DNA of 64,000 nt. Origin: an uncultured Nitrospiraceae bacterium (GTDB lineage Bacteria; Nitrospirota; Thermodesulfovibrionia; Thermodesulfovibrionales; SM23-35). The DNA lies in contig CAVSHB010000003.1 in the NCBI GenBank assembly GCA_963727775.1, forward strand, positions 480,001 through 544,000, in the 5' to 3' direction. The first letter of the stretch is position 1, and every line of letters starts with the position of its first letter. Below, in pieces: positions 63,028 to 64,000 of this stretch. The translations under genes and the position numbers were made by a program. Under the pieces are notes generated by a model that saw only the letters and a list, made by a program, of their open reading frames with translations, was not told the origin of the DNA and made no database searches.

Positions 63028-64000
63028 ATGAATGAAAAGCAAAAAAATGATGATTTTTACGAAAGGGAAGATTGGACGCTGTTCAGAAATCCCGAAACCT
63101 TACCGCAGAAAGCCGGTGTCCGCTCATTTTATATCCCAAAACTTGTTGCCAAAGAACTTGCCGATAATGCCCTTGATTCAGCCGGTCCGGGTAGCAAATG
63201 TCAAGTAGGCCTCATTGACAATGGTTTTTTTATTGAGGATAACGGACCCGGCATAATAAAGAGCGACGAAGGTATTGCTCGCCTGTTCTCTATGAAAAGA
63301 CCTATGACGTCTTCAAAGCAATTCCGCTTGCCGACGCGTGGCGCCCTAGGAAACGGGTTAAGGGTCGTGACAGGAGCCGTCTTCTGTTCTAAGGGCAGCC
63401 TAAAGGTCTCAACAAGTGGCAGAGCTTTAGAACTTATGCCGAGATATGATGGTTCTACAGATTTCAAGAGGATAGGCTCGTTTGATGGTCAAGGGACGAG
63501 AATTGACGTAACCCTGCCAGGATACGATACAGAGGATTGTCTACTCTGGGCGGAGTGGGCGATTGCATTTGCAGGAGGTGAGCATTACAAAGGTAATACA
63601 TCAGCACACTGGTACAGTTTGGAATCCTTCATTGAATTGCTCCGTTCTGCGCCAGAAGATAAGGAAGTTGCAGAATTTATAGCGGGATTTGACGGTTGCT
63701 CAGGAAAGAAAGCGGGGCAAATCGCAGGTAACCTCAGATCTAAGCCAACAAGATCTCTTACCGACGATGAGGCCAGACAGTTACTCCTAAATGCAAGGAG
63801 TGTCTCCAAACAAGTCAATTCCAAAAGACTTGGGTACGTGGGCAAGATTGGCGGATATACACTCCCTGAAAAAAAAGCGGGCTTATATAGGAAGGTTTCT
63901 CAGCATTACGGAATAGACTCAATCGTACCGTATATTGTGGAGGTATGGGCGAAGCCAAGTGAGGATTCTAACGTTCATTTTTTCGTGAACAGGACGCCTG
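63028..64000 (+). CDS. Type IIB topoisomerase-like GHKL ATPase (Topo VI-B / Topo VIII), 3'-partial, not in ORF track
   Basis: Open to the window end; KELADNALD, EDNGPGI, SSK..TRGALGNGL, GTRI and PYIVE..FVNRTP. Confidence 0.8.
   Translation, partial: MNEKQKNDDFYEREDWTLFRNPETLPQKAGVRSFYIPKLVAKELADNALDSAGPGSKCQVGLIDNGFFIEDNGPGIIKSDEGIARLFSMKRPMTSSKQFRLPTRGALGNGLRVVTGAVFCSKGSLKVSTSGRALELMPRYDGSTDFKRIGSFDGQGTRIDVTLPGYDTEDCLLWAEWAIAFAGGEHYKGNTSAHWYSLESFIELLRSAPEDKEVAEFIAGFDGCSGKKAGQIAGNLRSKPTRSLTDDEARQLLLNARSVSKQVNSKRLGYVGKIGGYTLPEKKAGLYRKVSQHYGIDSIVPYIVEVWAKPSEDSNVHFFVNRTP

Larger units (their letters stand above)
58080..64000. mobile_element. Second integrative element (other end outside the window)
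   Basis: Integrase, xis-like, ParB, Replic_Relax and topoisomerase-like genes; AAAACGTGA direct repeats at 58103-58122. Confidence 0.75.

Overview
Bacterial chromosomal window; gene content and style suggest an anaerobe, possibly Nitrospirota/Thermodesulfovibrionia (inference only). 1-45.4 kb is mostly core genome: futalosine menaquinone cluster (ubiD-like, ubiA-like, ubiX, mqnE, mqnA, mqnC, MTAP-like, menG), Opp/Dpp ABC transporter, uvrA, PyrR-attenuated pyrR-pyrB-pyrC-carA-carB, metK-ahcY, Moco genes, a redox-stress cluster (SOD, TusE/DsrC-like, PfpI, YyaL-like), serS, dGTPase, gyrA and comM. It is peppered with an IS1202-like element (16-bp target duplication), a 158-bp MITE, REP-like palindromes and short repeats inserted in frame in housekeeping genes. 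45.4-64 kb is accessory: an IS1380 splitting a near-consensus promoter of a candidate structured RNA, a decayed restriction-modification/hicBA island, a complete 5.6-kb integrative element with a gene II/X-type rolling-circle Rep at tRNA-Arg(CCT), and a second element on the 5' side of that tRNA with ParB, Replic_Relax proteins and a Topo VI-B/Topo VIII-like ATPase (runs off the window). Best novelty candidates: two unannotated paralogous 34-37 aa membrane peptides with a shared GWWxxH-x11-H motif behind a sigma54/IHF promoter; the 5.6-kb element whose integrase C-terminus changes with integration state; and the structured RNA at 47.5 kb. All calls come from reading motifs by eye; no database searches were run.
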